Source of the DNA: Candidatus Firestoneibacteriota bacterium
GTDB taxonomy: Bacteria > Oederibacteriota > D2-FULL-39-29 > JBBTED01
Assembly: GCA_038042445.1 (NCBI GenBank)
Contig: JBBTED010000027.1
Location: 1 to 64,000 of the forward strand
Direction: 5' to 3'
DNA length: 64,000 nt
The notes beneath the pieces were generated by a model. The model saw only the letters and a program-made list of their open reading frames with translations, was not told the DNA's origin and did no database searches. The translations under genes and the position numbers were made by a program. Shown piece after piece: positions 30,385 through 39,725 of this stretch (position 1 is the stretch's first letter; the number at the start of each line of letters is the position of its first letter).

Positions 30385-31572
30385 ATGAAAAAAATAATTA
30401 TAAAAACGATAGGTTTCTTAACGATAACTTTATTAATATCAAGTTGTGCAAAAAAAGCTTTAGACAGAACTAATCCACTTGACCCGCAAAATCCTAAAAA
30501 AGCTAATATATCAGGTAAAACTTATGACTCTGTAACAAACGTTGCGATATCAGATGTAAGTGTTTCCATAGTTTCAAGTGATAGTAAAACAGTAACAACC
30601 TTATCTTCTTCTACAGGCAATTATTCATATACAGATTTAGCTCCTGGAATATATTACTTACATGCTACAAAAATTGGATATACTGATAAAAATCAGACAG
30701 ATGTTCAGCTTAAAAGTGAAGCAGACAATATTTATGATTTATCTTTAGATGCCGTAGTGCCAACCACTACAACAACAACTACTACTGATACAACTAGCAG
30801 CAATAAAATTTTGGATAGTCTTTTAAAAGGTTCATATTCTGAAGAAGTCAATTATATATTATCCCTTAACAATAGCCCATACAATGTTACAGACAATGTT
30901 AGCTTTATTAATTATTATGAAGGAAGAACTACTCTAACAATTGAGCCTGGAGTAATCATAAAATTTGCCGCCTCCTATCATTTCATTGTAGACTGTCCCG
31001 TTACTGCTAATGGTACTTCATCAAATCCAATAAAATTTACTTCAGGTAAATCAGCACCAACTGCTAATGATTATCAAGAGATTAAATTCGGTGATAGTTT
31101 CAATAAAACTACAACAATTTTAAATTATATAATATTTGAATATGGCTCGATACAAAACATCTATGGTAATAGCAATTCAAAAATGACCAATTGCACCTTT
31201 ACAAATTATAATTCATCTTACCCAACTTTATTTACAAACGGGGAAGTTAAAAATTGCAATTTTCAAAAGACTGGTTCTTCTGTATTTATCGCTGTAGGAT
31301 CCCCTATAATTTCTTATTGCAATATTACAGGTGAAATTGAAACATTTCTTGGAGCTGGACAATACAAAATTAATTACTGCAATTTAACTAAAGGAACTGG
31401 CACAATACTTACAAATAAAGCTAGTTACACAATTGATGTTACAAATAACTGGTGGGGAACAATTGATTCAAGTACAATACAAAACTATATTGATTCATCA
31501 TATTATGGAGCAGGAATTGTAAATTATTCTCCTTATGCTTCTTCTTTAATTTCTACTGCTGGACCACAATAA
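30385..31572 (+). CDS. surface lipoprotein (carboxypeptidase-regulatory-like domain, Thr linker, beta-helix-like domain)
   Basis: lipobox LLISSC, RTNPLDP, poly-Thr run, LTIEPGV.I.F and NNWWG motifs. Confidence 0.7.
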   Translation: MKKIIIKTIGFLTITLLISSCAKKALDRTNPLDPQNPKKANISGKTYDSVTNVAISDVSVSIVSSDSKTVTTLSSSTGNYSYTDLAPGIYYLHATKIGYTDKNQTDVQLKSEADNIYDLSLDAVVPTTTTTTTTDTTSSNKILDSLLKGSYSEEVNYILSLNNSPYNVTDNVSFINYYEGRTTLTIEPGVIIKFAASYHFIVDCPVTANGTSSNPIKFTSGKSAPTANDYQEIKFGDSFNKTTTILNYIIFEYGSIQNIYGNSNSKMTNCTFTNYNSSYPTLFTNGEVKNCNFQKTGSSVFIAVGSPIISYCNITGEIETFLGAGQYKINYCNLTKGTGTILTNKASYTIDVTNNWWGTIDSSTIQNYIDSSYYGAGIVNYSPYASSLISTAGPQ

Positions 31573-31610
31573 TAAAATGAGTAATTTGTAAAAAAATAAA
31601 GGAGGTTGTT

Positions 31611-32198
31611 ATGAATCCAATTTTCACTTTACCATATTCTGAATATGCTGTTGCTATGGCATTACGTAAGCATTTCAAAAAGAAGGATCAGTTTTCAATA
31701 TTAATCCCATTAAGCCGACAACAAAAAGGCTATGATTTATTACTATATAATAACAAATCAAAAAAATGTGTAACTTTACAGATAAAGAGTTCAAGGAACT
31801 ACGAACACCAAAAAACATACAAAGGAGTAGATGTATCTTTAAAAAATCATCTTTGGTTTAATAGGTTTAAAATTAAAAAGGGGTCTGCAGATTATTATAT
31901 TTTCTTTGCACCATATCTCAAAAACAAAGTTGAAGGAAAAAAATTAAACAAGGACAGAAAAATATCAAAATGGTATGATAAGTTAATTCTTGTTTTTACG
32001 GAAAGTGAGATGAGTAAATTTGTAAAAAAATTAAAGAATAAAACTAACAACAAGCAGAGCAATTACTTTAGTTTTGCTTTTGACAGAGAAGAAGATGTTC
32101 ATCTTACACGAGGACGAGGGAATAAAAATCCAGTTAAAGCAGATAAATATTTATTTGATAATAAAATCCGTGAAATTTTTCGCAGGTTACATAAATAA
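31611..32198 (+). CDS. putative PD-(D/E)XK nuclease
   Basis: SEYAVA...GYDLL...LQIKSSR pattern; very basic protein. Confidence 0.55.
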   Translation: MNPIFTLPYSEYAVAMALRKHFKKKDQFSILIPLSRQQKGYDLLLYNNKSKKCVTLQIKSSRNYEHQKTYKGVDVSLKNHLWFNRFKIKKGSADYYIFFAPYLKNKVEGKKLNKDRKISKWYDKLILVFTESEMSKFVKKLKNKTNNKQSNYFSFAFDREEDVHLTRGRGNKNPVKADKYLFDNKIREIFRRLHK

Positions 32199-32342
32199 TT
32201 ATTTGCCCTGCCAAACAAACAATTTTATTGACGACTCGCCATATATTGTGTATATTTAATAAAGAAATTAAGTATTTCAGTAAACAAGCTTATTAAGTGA
32301 AGTGTGTAAAAAAATGCATAAACATATACAGGAGGCATAATT

Positions 32343-32624
32343 ATGGTAATTACTAAAACATTTATTCGACAGCATTATTTAATTACTCTACCCAAAGAAG
32401 TAAGGGAAAATACGTCTATTGAAGTTGGAGATCCAATAGAAATACTTGTTTCAGATAATGGACAAATTCTTCTCAAACCATTAAAAACTATAGATGCATC
32501 TCAATCTTGGTTTTGGACAAAAGAACATCAGCAGGTAGAAAAAGAAGCCGAAAAAGAATTAAAAACAGGAAAAATGAAATCATCCAAAAATGTCAAACAT
32601 TTAATTTATGAACTCAACAAATAA
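32343..32624 (+). CDS. AbrB/MazE-fold antitoxin
   Basis: ITLPKEVRE...GDPIE...ILLKP and QSWFWT. Confidence 0.85.
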   Translation: MVITKTFIRQHYLITLPKEVRENTSIEVGDPIEILVSDNGQILLKPLKTIDASQSWFWTKEHQQVEKEAEKELKTGKMKSSKNVKHLIYELNK

Positions 32625-32877
32625 TTTTTTTTGGTCATCTCGTTTTGAACACAATTATAAAAAACTTTCTACAGAAAATAAAGAAAAAATAAATAAAGCA
32701 CTACTTAAAATGGAAGAAAATTTATATTACTCTTCACTGGGCGTTAAAAAAATTAAGGGTGTACCCAATATATGGGAAGCAAGAGCTTCTCAATCCCTAA
32801 GAATCACTTTTACTTTAGAAAAAAATGGGGTTTACTTGCGTACAGTAGGACAACACAATATTCTTAAAAATCCTTAA
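32608..32877 (+). CDS. RelE/ParE-family toxin
   Basis: SLGVKKIKG, IWEARAS..LRITF, LRTVGQH. Confidence 0.85.
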   Translation: MNSTNNFFWSSRFEHNYKKLSTENKEKINKALLKMEENLYYSSLGVKKIKGVPNIWEARASQSLRITFTLEKNGVYLRTVGQHNILKNP

Positions 32878-32966
32878 AAAAGTCATTCCTGCGAAAACAA
32901 AAATCCAGAAACATTTTGTCTTTCTTGTTTTTTCTCGCAGGCTAAAGCCTGCGCCTACACCAAAAA

Positions 32967-33476
32967 TTAAGGTTTTTTTAAAAATTGTTTTTCAATTAGG
33001 TCTACAAGTTTTTTGGGCTGGTGAAAAGTAAAACAGGGGATTGTTTTAAAGTTATCTTTTAGGTAAAGTTTTTTACCTGTATTATTAACTATAGCAATTA
33101 GATTATCATTTTTGGTGCATAATAATTCCCCAGAACGTGTTACTTCAATTTTGGGATTACTTTCTTTCTTATAACCCTCAGTTATAATAATATCTACGTC
33201 AGTCAATAATTCTTTAGAAATTTTGCTAACTTTATATTCAGAGGTTAAATTCTTTATCATAGCCATTTTGTTATGCGAAGCGATAATTGTTGTTTGTGCT
33301 CCTGCTTTGTTTATTCTCCATGTATCTTTGCCTTTATAATCCATTTCAAAATGATGAACATCATGTTTTATTGCACCAATTTTATATCCTCTTTTTTTTA
33401 ACTGTGGAATAATTTTTTCAAGTAATGTTGTTTTCCCGCTATTTGATTTTCCAACAAATGAAATTATAGGTATCAT
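32967..33476 (-). CDS. mobB: molybdopterin-guanine dinucleotide biosynthesis protein B
   Basis: GKSNSGKTT, IKHD.H, GKDTWR, EGYK. Confidence 0.92.
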   Translation of the reverse strand: MIPIISFVGKSNSGKTTLLEKIIPQLKKRGYKIGAIKHDVHHFEMDYKGKDTWRINKAGAQTTIIASHNKMAMIKNLTSEYKVSKISKELLTDVDIIITEGYKKESNPKIEVTRSGELLCTKNDNLIAIVNNTGKKLYLKDNFKTIPCFTFHQPKKLVDLIEKQFLKKP

Positions 33477-33478
33477 AT

Positions 33479-34477
33479 TTAAATTAGTTTTTTTAATAAG
33501 AAACTACAAGACAATCCCACTCCTATTGCTACACTCATATCAGAAACAACACATAATAATCCAACAGCTGTTGCAAAAAATAATTTTTCCTTTTGCCCAA
33601 ATAAATCTTGTATCAATTGTGCATGTTTAATTCCTGTATATATCAAAAGACTCCCTAATATTGAAAATGGTATTAAAGAAAAAATGTTGGCTATTGATTT
33701 GCCTAAAAAAATTGCTGCTATAATAAAAATACTGCCCAACATTATATTAGCTCCGCCTGTTCTTGCGCCAAATTTGTAATGAGCTGTTAAACCACCTGCT
33801 CCATGACAAACAGGCATACCACCTAATACACCTGATATGATATTCGCTATACCCAAAGAAGTAGTAATTGCAACAGATGTAACTTTTGAAGATTTTTCAT
33901 TAAAATATTTTTGTGCTGTATCAACTGTTGCAATAACTGAATTACCGATTGTTACAGGTAATTGAGGTAATACAAGTGTAGAAAAAGCCAAAACAAAACT
34001 TTGTATATCAGGAAAACCAAAATTAGGAATAACAAATCCGAATGATAACGGAAAAATATTATGCGATTGGTGATTTCCAATAATTAATTTTATTCCATTT
34101 ATAATAAGCATAATACCCAACCCAAATTGTATTCCTCTAACTATAGGCAATGTAAATAACTTATGTATAAAATTTATTAGTTTTGTTACAGATAACAGAA
34201 TAAGGATTATTCCCATAATAATACCTGCAGCAGACAAAACCTCAGGTTTTGCATTTGTAACAATAGCAATAACAGCCATTGCTTTCATAGGCTGGACAGG
34301 AAATGGAATTTTAAAGTATATGCCTGTTATAAAATATAGTAGTCCTACTACAAAAAATAGAGATGTAGGATTTACACCATTTAGTAAAATAAGCGCAACA
34401 GATAAAGGTATAAGAACACCTAAATCACCTAAACTTCCTATAAATTCTTTTAAGTTAAATTTATAGTCTTTGAACAT
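33479..34477 (-). CDS. MOT1-family molybdate (oxyanion) transporter
   Basis: GSLGDLG, PFPVQPMKA, GGMPVCHGAGGL..HY.FGARTG. Confidence 0.88.
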   Translation of the reverse strand: MFKDYKFNLKEFIGSLGDLGVLIPLSVALILLNGVNPTSLFFVVGLLYFITGIYFKIPFPVQPMKAMAVIAIVTNAKPEVLSAAGIIMGIILILLSVTKLINFIHKLFTLPIVRGIQFGLGIMLIINGIKLIIGNHQSHNIFPLSFGFVIPNFGFPDIQSFVLAFSTLVLPQLPVTIGNSVIATVDTAQKYFNEKSSKVTSVAITTSLGIANIISGVLGGMPVCHGAGGLTAHYKFGARTGGANIMLGSIFIIAAIFLGKSIANIFSLIPFSILGSLLIYTGIKHAQLIQDLFGQKEKLFFATAVGLLCVVSDMSVAIGVGLSCSFLLKKLI

Positions 34478-35451
34478 TATCCACCAACCTGACACATAAT
34501 GTTTTCATTATGATAAGAATTGAAAAATTTGCCTGTTGATTTTAAGCTAACTGCAGAAAGTATTGTGTTTTTTATTTCATTATCCGTATGTTTATTTCTC
34601 AATAAAGTTTTTAAGTCCACCTCTTCCGGAGAATGCAAACATAATTTTAATTTGCCATCAGCAGTTAATCGCAAACGATTACAGGAAAAACAAAAATATG
34701 AGGAAATAGGTCCTATGAACCCAACAGCTCCACCTTTAACCTGAAAATATTTTGCAGGACCTCCACCTGAAATTGTATCCATTGGAGTAAGATTCCAGTA
34801 TTTACTACATATGTTTTTTATTTCCTCTATTGAAACAAATTTGTCATTGCTCCAACCAAGACTATTATAAGTAGGCATATATTCTATAAATCTAACTATA
34901 TATGGATTTTCTATACAGAGCCGTATAAAATCCAGGATTTCATCATCATTTATATTTTTAATTACTACTGTATTAATTTTAATAGGTGAAAAATTTAACT
35001 TCTGCACTTCATCAATACCAGCTAATACCTGTGACAAACTACATCCTCTTGCTATCTTAATAAATTTATCATTATGTAATGTATCCAGACTTATGTTTAT
35101 ACGCTTTAAACCCGCATTTTTTAAATCTCTTGCATATTCTTTCAATAAAATACCATTAGTAGTAAGAGATATATCTTCTAAACCATTAATAGAATATATT
35201 TTTTTTATGAATTCTATTACTCCTTTTCTTACTAATGGTTCACCACCTGTTATTTTTATTTTTTTAATTCCCAATGACACAAGAATTCCAATCATTTTTT
35301 CCAATTCTTCAAAACTCAATATTTCATTTTTAGATTTTGGAATAACAGGTTTGTCCGGCATACAATAGATACAATTTAGATTACACCTATCTGTTATTGA
35401 AACTCTTAAATAGTCTATTTTTCTACCTAATGAATCTATTAGCATAGTCAA
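34477..35451 (-). CDS. moaA: GTP 3',8-cyclase MoaA (paralog 2)
   Basis: CNLNCIYC, CFSC...CL, VGG end. Confidence 0.95.
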   Translation of the reverse strand: MTMLIDSLGRKIDYLRVSITDRCNLNCIYCMPDKPVIPKSKNEILSFEELEKMIGILVSLGIKKIKITGGEPLVRKGVIEFIKKIYSINGLEDISLTTNGILLKEYARDLKNAGLKRINISLDTLHNDKFIKIARGCSLSQVLAGIDEVQKLNFSPIKINTVVIKNINDDEILDFIRLCIENPYIVRFIEYMPTYNSLGWSNDKFVSIEEIKNICSKYWNLTPMDTISGGGPAKYFQVKGGAVGFIGPISSYFCFSCNRLRLTADGKLKLCLHSPEEVDLKTLLRNKHTDNEIKNTILSAVSLKSTGKFFNSYHNENIMCQVGG

Positions 35452-35456
35452 TTTAT

Positions 35457-35522
35457 CCTACAGGACAAGAATGTCCCGCCTATCGTACAAATCATGATAG
35501 GTTGGGTTTTCTAACCCAACAA
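35457..35522. repeat. CAGGACAAGAATGTCC / GGTTGGGTTTTCTAACCCAAC double-hairpin repeat
   Basis: direct copies at 35709-35772 and 43958-44011. Confidence 0.85.
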
Positions 35523-35546
35523 ACTGTTTTTTGGGGCCACTTTAAA

Positions 35547-35589
35547 CAAAAAAACCAGCACCTCTTTATTTTCAAGAGAAGCTGGTTTC
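35547..35589 (-). terminator. intrinsic terminator (riboswitch expression platform)
   Basis: AAACCAGCTTCTCTT-GAAAATA-AAGAGGTGCTGGTTT followed by a U-tract on the minus strand. Confidence 0.8.
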
Positions 35590-35596
35590 TTTCCAG

Positions 35597-35697
35597 TTCT
35601 CCTTTCCAAATATGAGGAGGCAGAACAATTTCTCGTTCTACCCGAATCGGCGCTATTCCATACCTAAAAAGGATTAGGAAATAGAGCTCGGAGAATT
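35597..35697 (-). ncRNA. Moco/Tuco riboswitch aptamer (P3-less variant)
   Basis: minus strand TTCTCCGAGC...CCTAA...TATGG...GCC-GATTC-GGGTAGAACGA-GAAA-TTGTTCTGCCTCC...TGGAAAGGAGAA, upstream of moaA-MOT1-mobB. Confidence 0.85.
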
Positions 35698-35760
35698 CCT
35701 TAATTTAATGCAGGACAAGAATGTCCTGCCTATCGTACAAATTACAATAGGTTGAGTTTT

Positions 35761-35940
35761 CTAACCCAACAAACTATCTTTAATTTTATTTTCTTCTTCG
35801 TTTACTTCTTTAATTGATTTTTTGAATTCACCAATACTTTTGCCTATTCCTTTAGCTATATCAGGAAGTCTTTTAGCACCAAAAATCAAAAATGCTATTA
35901 CCAATATAACCAATAATTCTGGCATTCCTATATGTCCCAT
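35761..35940 (-). CDS. tatA: TatA (copy 2, 59 aa, missing from the ORF track)
   Basis: manual translation [59 protein letters not shown]. Confidence 0.88.
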   Translation of the reverse strand: MGHIGMPELLVILVIAFLIFGAKRLPDIAKGIGKSIGEFKKSIKEVNEEENKIKDSLLG

Positions 35941-35941
35941 T

Positions 35942-36472
35942 TTAATTCACCCCCGCTAAATTTTTAGATTCTGACTCTATAGAAATAATATTCTTTGTAA
36001 ATAAAGCAATATCGCGATAAAATGCAGTTTTAGCATTTTTTATCACATCATTACAAAAATCTGGCACCCATTGGGCAAGATGTTCCTGCACAAAAGTATT
36101 TTTTGCTTCAGATAAATTATATTTCCACAAATAACTCATAAATTCTAATTCTATACCTATGTGATCATCAAGATAATTTTGTGTGTTTAGAACTAAACCT
36201 GCATCTCTATAAAATTTTCTAACTTCTAACAAAGGCTCCTGACAGACAAGTTTTAAAGGTGAGTTGTATACAGATTCCCAGGGCGGTGCCAAAAGTTTGT
36301 GTGGACCTATAAAAAGTTGCGTATAATCCATTTTTAAATTAAACACATCAGCATCAGAAGATATATCTATTACATCTTGAACATCAGCAATTAACTGTTC
36401 ATCTGGAATTTTAAGAAAAGACAAACTCAATATGTGATAAACCTGAATATTTTTCATTTGTATTGTATTCAT
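35942..36472 (-). CDS. TorD/DmsD-family maturation chaperone
   Basis: [31 protein letters not shown]. Confidence 0.9.
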   Translation of the reverse strand: MNTIQMKNIQVYHILSLSFLKIPDEQLIADVQDVIDISSDADVFNLKMDYTQLFIGPHKLLAPPWESVYNSPLKLVCQEPLLEVRKFYRDAGLVLNTQNYLDDHIGIELEFMSYLWKYNLSEAKNTFVQEHLAQWVPDFCNDVIKNAKTAFYRDIALFTKNIISIESESKNLAGVN

Positions 36473-36491
36473 TGTTTAAAATTCCATATCC

Positions 36492-36558
36492 GTCATTGCG
36501 AACGAAGTGAAGCAATCTTATTTTTGGATTGCTTCGTCGTTTCACTTCTCGCAATGAC
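36492..36558. repeat. GTCATTGCGA...GCAATGAC palindromic repeat
   Basis: GAAGCAATC / GATTGCTTC inner arms. Confidence 0.8.
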
Positions 36559-36566
36559 GCCTTGCG

Positions 36567-37196
36567 TCATCTTAATACAACTTCTTTGAGATCATTAGAA
36601 GTCTTACGTGCTGGCTTAAATCTTGTAGAAGGTTTTGTATCTGATGGATCAGGAAAACCCGTTAATTGTTTAATTGTTCCTGATATTTTTTCATTTTCTG
36701 CTAATTTATCCCATTCAAGTGCTAATCCTAAACAAGTCTGAACACATGCAGGCTTTAAACCTTCATCAACACGTGGATAACAACCTATACATTTCTCATA
36801 TCTTTTCTTACCTTTAGATGGACTTTCATTAATCTGAGGAATACTGTATGGACAAGCATTTTTACAATTTCCACAGGACACACAAGTAACTTTTTCATAA
36901 TTAAGTGTGCCATCAGTATTTAAAGAAATATCATTATAAACTACAAGCCCATCTTTTTCTCTTTTTTCAATTCTCTTTACAGGACACACTTCAATACAAG
37001 CTGGCTCTTCACAATGATTACAACCTAAAGATAAATAACAAGTAATTGGATTTGGATATTTTCCACCTTCTAAAGTATGAACCTTTCTGTATCTTACTGT
37101 TACATCAACATTCCACTGCTGCTTACAAGCACCTTCGCAAGCGCGACATCCTATACAATTATCCTGATTGAAATAAAATCCTAATTGATTTTTCAT
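36567..37196 (-). CDS. DmsB/ArrB-like 4Fe-4S subunit
   Basis: CIGCRAC, CNHC..PAC, CVSCGNC, KCIGC. Confidence 0.9.
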   Translation of the reverse strand: MKNQLGFYFNQDNCIGCRACEGACKQQWNVDVTVRYRKVHTLEGGKYPNPITCYLSLGCNHCEEPACIEVCPVKRIEKREKDGLVVYNDISLNTDGTLNYEKVTCVSCGNCKNACPYSIPQINESPSKGKKRYEKCIGCYPRVDEGLKPACVQTCLGLALEWDKLAENEKISGTIKQLTGFPDPSDTKPSTRFKPARKTSNDLKEVVLR

Positions 37197-37251
37197 ATTT
37201 TCCCTCCAATTAATAAGCAAAGCTAAAGCTTTGCCCTACATAAATTTAAAC

Positions 37252-39639
37252 TTATGCTTTGTAAATTTTCACACCAACTTCTTTTGTAATAGCCTGGCCT
37301 GAAATAGCTTCTGCTTTACCAGGAAAAAATTGGCCATCTGCTACACCTTTACCTTTTGCAACAGAACCAAGTGCCCAGTGACCATAGCCATGATGTAAAC
37401 CAACAACTTCAGGATGAATTCCCTCTGTAAGATGAACTTTTCCTTTTGCTTTTGATATAGGAGATTCTATCCATACTTCATCACCATCATTTAAACCCAA
37501 TTTTTTTCCTGTATCAGTATTCATCCATAAAGGATTATCGGATTTCATTTCCATAAGCCATTCATTATTAAATGTTCTTGTATGAGTATGCTCTGCTTGT
37601 TTCCAACCAATAAGATAAAATGGATATTCTGATGTCGGCTTATCTTCCGGTTCAGTATACACTGGCAATGGATCATATCCTTTGTCTTTAAGCTGTTTAC
37701 TATAGAACTCTATTTTGCCAGATGGTGTCTTAAATCCATTTACAACCCAAAACCCATTACTCACTCCTATATATTTACCATCTTTGTCTTTAACTACTTT
37801 TGTGTCTGTATTAACAACAGCACCTTCTGGAACTTTAGCAGACTTTGAATATTTTTCATAAGTAGTTTTACCACCAATCCATGTAGCTCCATCCATAGCT
37901 CTTAATTCTGCTATAGAAATATTTATACCTGCTTTTAATTCTTCATTCATAGCTTCTTCATCTGTCTTCTCAAAACCTTTTCCATTTTTATCTTTCAATC
38001 CAAGTTTTTTTCCTACTGCTTTTACAAATTCATACTCTGTCATTCCATTTATCCATGATTTAACAACAGGCTGTCTTAAACCTAAAGCAGGAAATGTTAC
38101 CCAATTAGAATTCAAATCATATCTCTCTAAAAAATTACTTCCAGGGACAATCAAATCAGCTAACTCTGCTGTCTCTGAAAGATGTGTGTCAACTACTATT
38201 ACAAATTCCATATTCTTAATTGCTTCAAGATTTTTTGCTGTATTTGGAACTGACATAACCCAATTCTGAAAAACAAAAACAGCAGCTTTAACAGGATATG
38301 GTTTACCTGTTAACATTGCCTCACGTGCTTCTATATATATTCCAGAACCATGACCAAATGGATATTTTGTTCCAAGTCCATCTACACGTTGAGCTTTGGA
38401 TTTATCAACAGAAAATTTTATGTGTTTACCACCTTTTTTATCCGGACTAATCATTGTGCCTGATTTATCATAAAATCCAAGAAGTGCTGGTATCATAGCA
38501 ACAGCTCTTGAACCTTGTGTAGCATTTGTATGATGTCCAGGACCACTCCATACATCTATAACTGCTGATTTAGAAGATGCAAGTTCTCTCGCTATTCTTC
38601 TTACTACATCAGCAGGAACTGATGTGATTTTTTCCTGCCATTCAGGTGTTTTATCTGCAATAAATTTTTCATATTCATCAAATCCTATTGTCCAATTTTC
38701 AATAAAATCCTTGTTATACAGCTTTTCAGTAACAATAACATTGCCTATAGCAAGTGCCATAGCACCATCTGTTCCAGGTCGTAGTGAAATCCATTCATCT
38801 GCTTTAGCAGCTGTAGCTGAAAATACAGGGTCTACAACAACTAATTTTGCGCCTTTTTCTCTGCCTCTGTTTATAATAGCAGGCAAATGTGCCCATTTCA
38901 TTGCACCAAGAGGATTCCAGCCAAATAGTAATACATAATCAGCATTTTGAAAATCAGCTAAAGGTCTTTCATCTCCCATAACTGTAGAAAAACCTCTTTT
39001 TCTTGATACATCGCATAAATTTGCATGATTGTGATAATTAGGTGTGCCGAATAAATCACAAAAATCTATTTGTATATGTGTAAATGAATGGTCTTCAGAA
39101 AACCATACAAGAGATTCTGCACCATATTTTTTCTTTATTTCAGTTAATTTTGACGCAGCTTCTTCTATTGCTTGTTCCCATGTTATTGGTTCCCATTGCC
39201 CACTTCCTCTTTCACCTATTCGTTTCATAGGAGTTTTCAATCTATCCGGATCATACAAAGATTTTATAGCAGAATTACCTTTTGGACACATTCTGCCACC
39301 ACGTGATTTTTCATTTACAAAATCATTATATATATTAGCCACACCTATAGGATTATGTTCATTTGGTTCAATTTTGCGAATAACACCATCTATTACATTT
39401 ACCTTTATACCAGTTTGTCCACCACACATATTACAACAGGTATAAATCCACGTCCCTGTCTTTGCTTCTTTTTCTGCTGCAGTAGCTTCCCTGAATATAC
39501 CTAATTTGTTATCCAGGAATAAACCACTTGCAATAGCTGCAGTTCCTGTTACAGAACTCCACTTTAAAAATTCTCTTCTGGTAAATTTTTTTCCTGTAAC
39601 TTCAGAAAATAGATTTTTTTCTTTCTTCAAAATTTCCAT
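37252..39639 (-). CDS. Tat-exported Mo/W-bis-PGD oxidoreductase catalytic subunit (Psr/Arr/Srr-like branch)
   Basis: TRREFLK; CCNMC...MCPKG; NHANLCD (Cys ligand position); RPGTDGA; SETAELAD. Confidence 0.85.
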   Translation of the reverse strand: MEILKKEKNLFSEVTGKKFTRREFLKWSSVTGTAAIASGLFLDNKLGIFREATAAEKEAKTGTWIYTCCNMCGGQTGIKVNVIDGVIRKIEPNEHNPIGVANIYNDFVNEKSRGGRMCPKGNSAIKSLYDPDRLKTPMKRIGERGSGQWEPITWEQAIEEAASKLTEIKKKYGAESLVWFSEDHSFTHIQIDFCDLFGTPNYHNHANLCDVSRKRGFSTVMGDERPLADFQNADYVLLFGWNPLGAMKWAHLPAIINRGREKGAKLVVVDPVFSATAAKADEWISLRPGTDGAMALAIGNVIVTEKLYNKDFIENWTIGFDEYEKFIADKTPEWQEKITSVPADVVRRIARELASSKSAVIDVWSGPGHHTNATQGSRAVAMIPALLGFYDKSGTMISPDKKGGKHIKFSVDKSKAQRVDGLGTKYPFGHGSGIYIEAREAMLTGKPYPVKAAVFVFQNWVMSVPNTAKNLEAIKNMEFVIVVDTHLSETAELADLIVPGSNFLERYDLNSNWVTFPALGLRQPVVKSWINGMTEYEFVKAVGKKLGLKDKNGKGFEKTDEEAMNEELKAGINISIAELRAMDGATWIGGKTTYEKYSKSAKVPEGAVVNTDTKVVKDKDGKYIGVSNGFWVVNGFKTPSGKIEFYSKQLKDKGYDPLPVYTEPEDKPTSEYPFYLIGWKQAEHTHTRTFNNEWLMEMKSDNPLWMNTDTGKKLGLNDGDEVWIESPISKAKGKVHLTEGIHPEVVGLHHGYGHWALGSVAKGKGVADGQFFPGKAEAISGQAITKEVGVKIYKA

Positions 39640-39725
39640 TCATAAACCTCCTTGAGTATGTAAATTCTTAATTGTAGTTGCTGATTTATCAGCATTGCCC
39701 ATAAATGGGCAACTACAGTAAATTT

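Noticed and set aside
30755..30800. ACT/ACA repeat as a phase-variable tract
   Set aside because: It is an in-frame, mixed-codon Thr linker.
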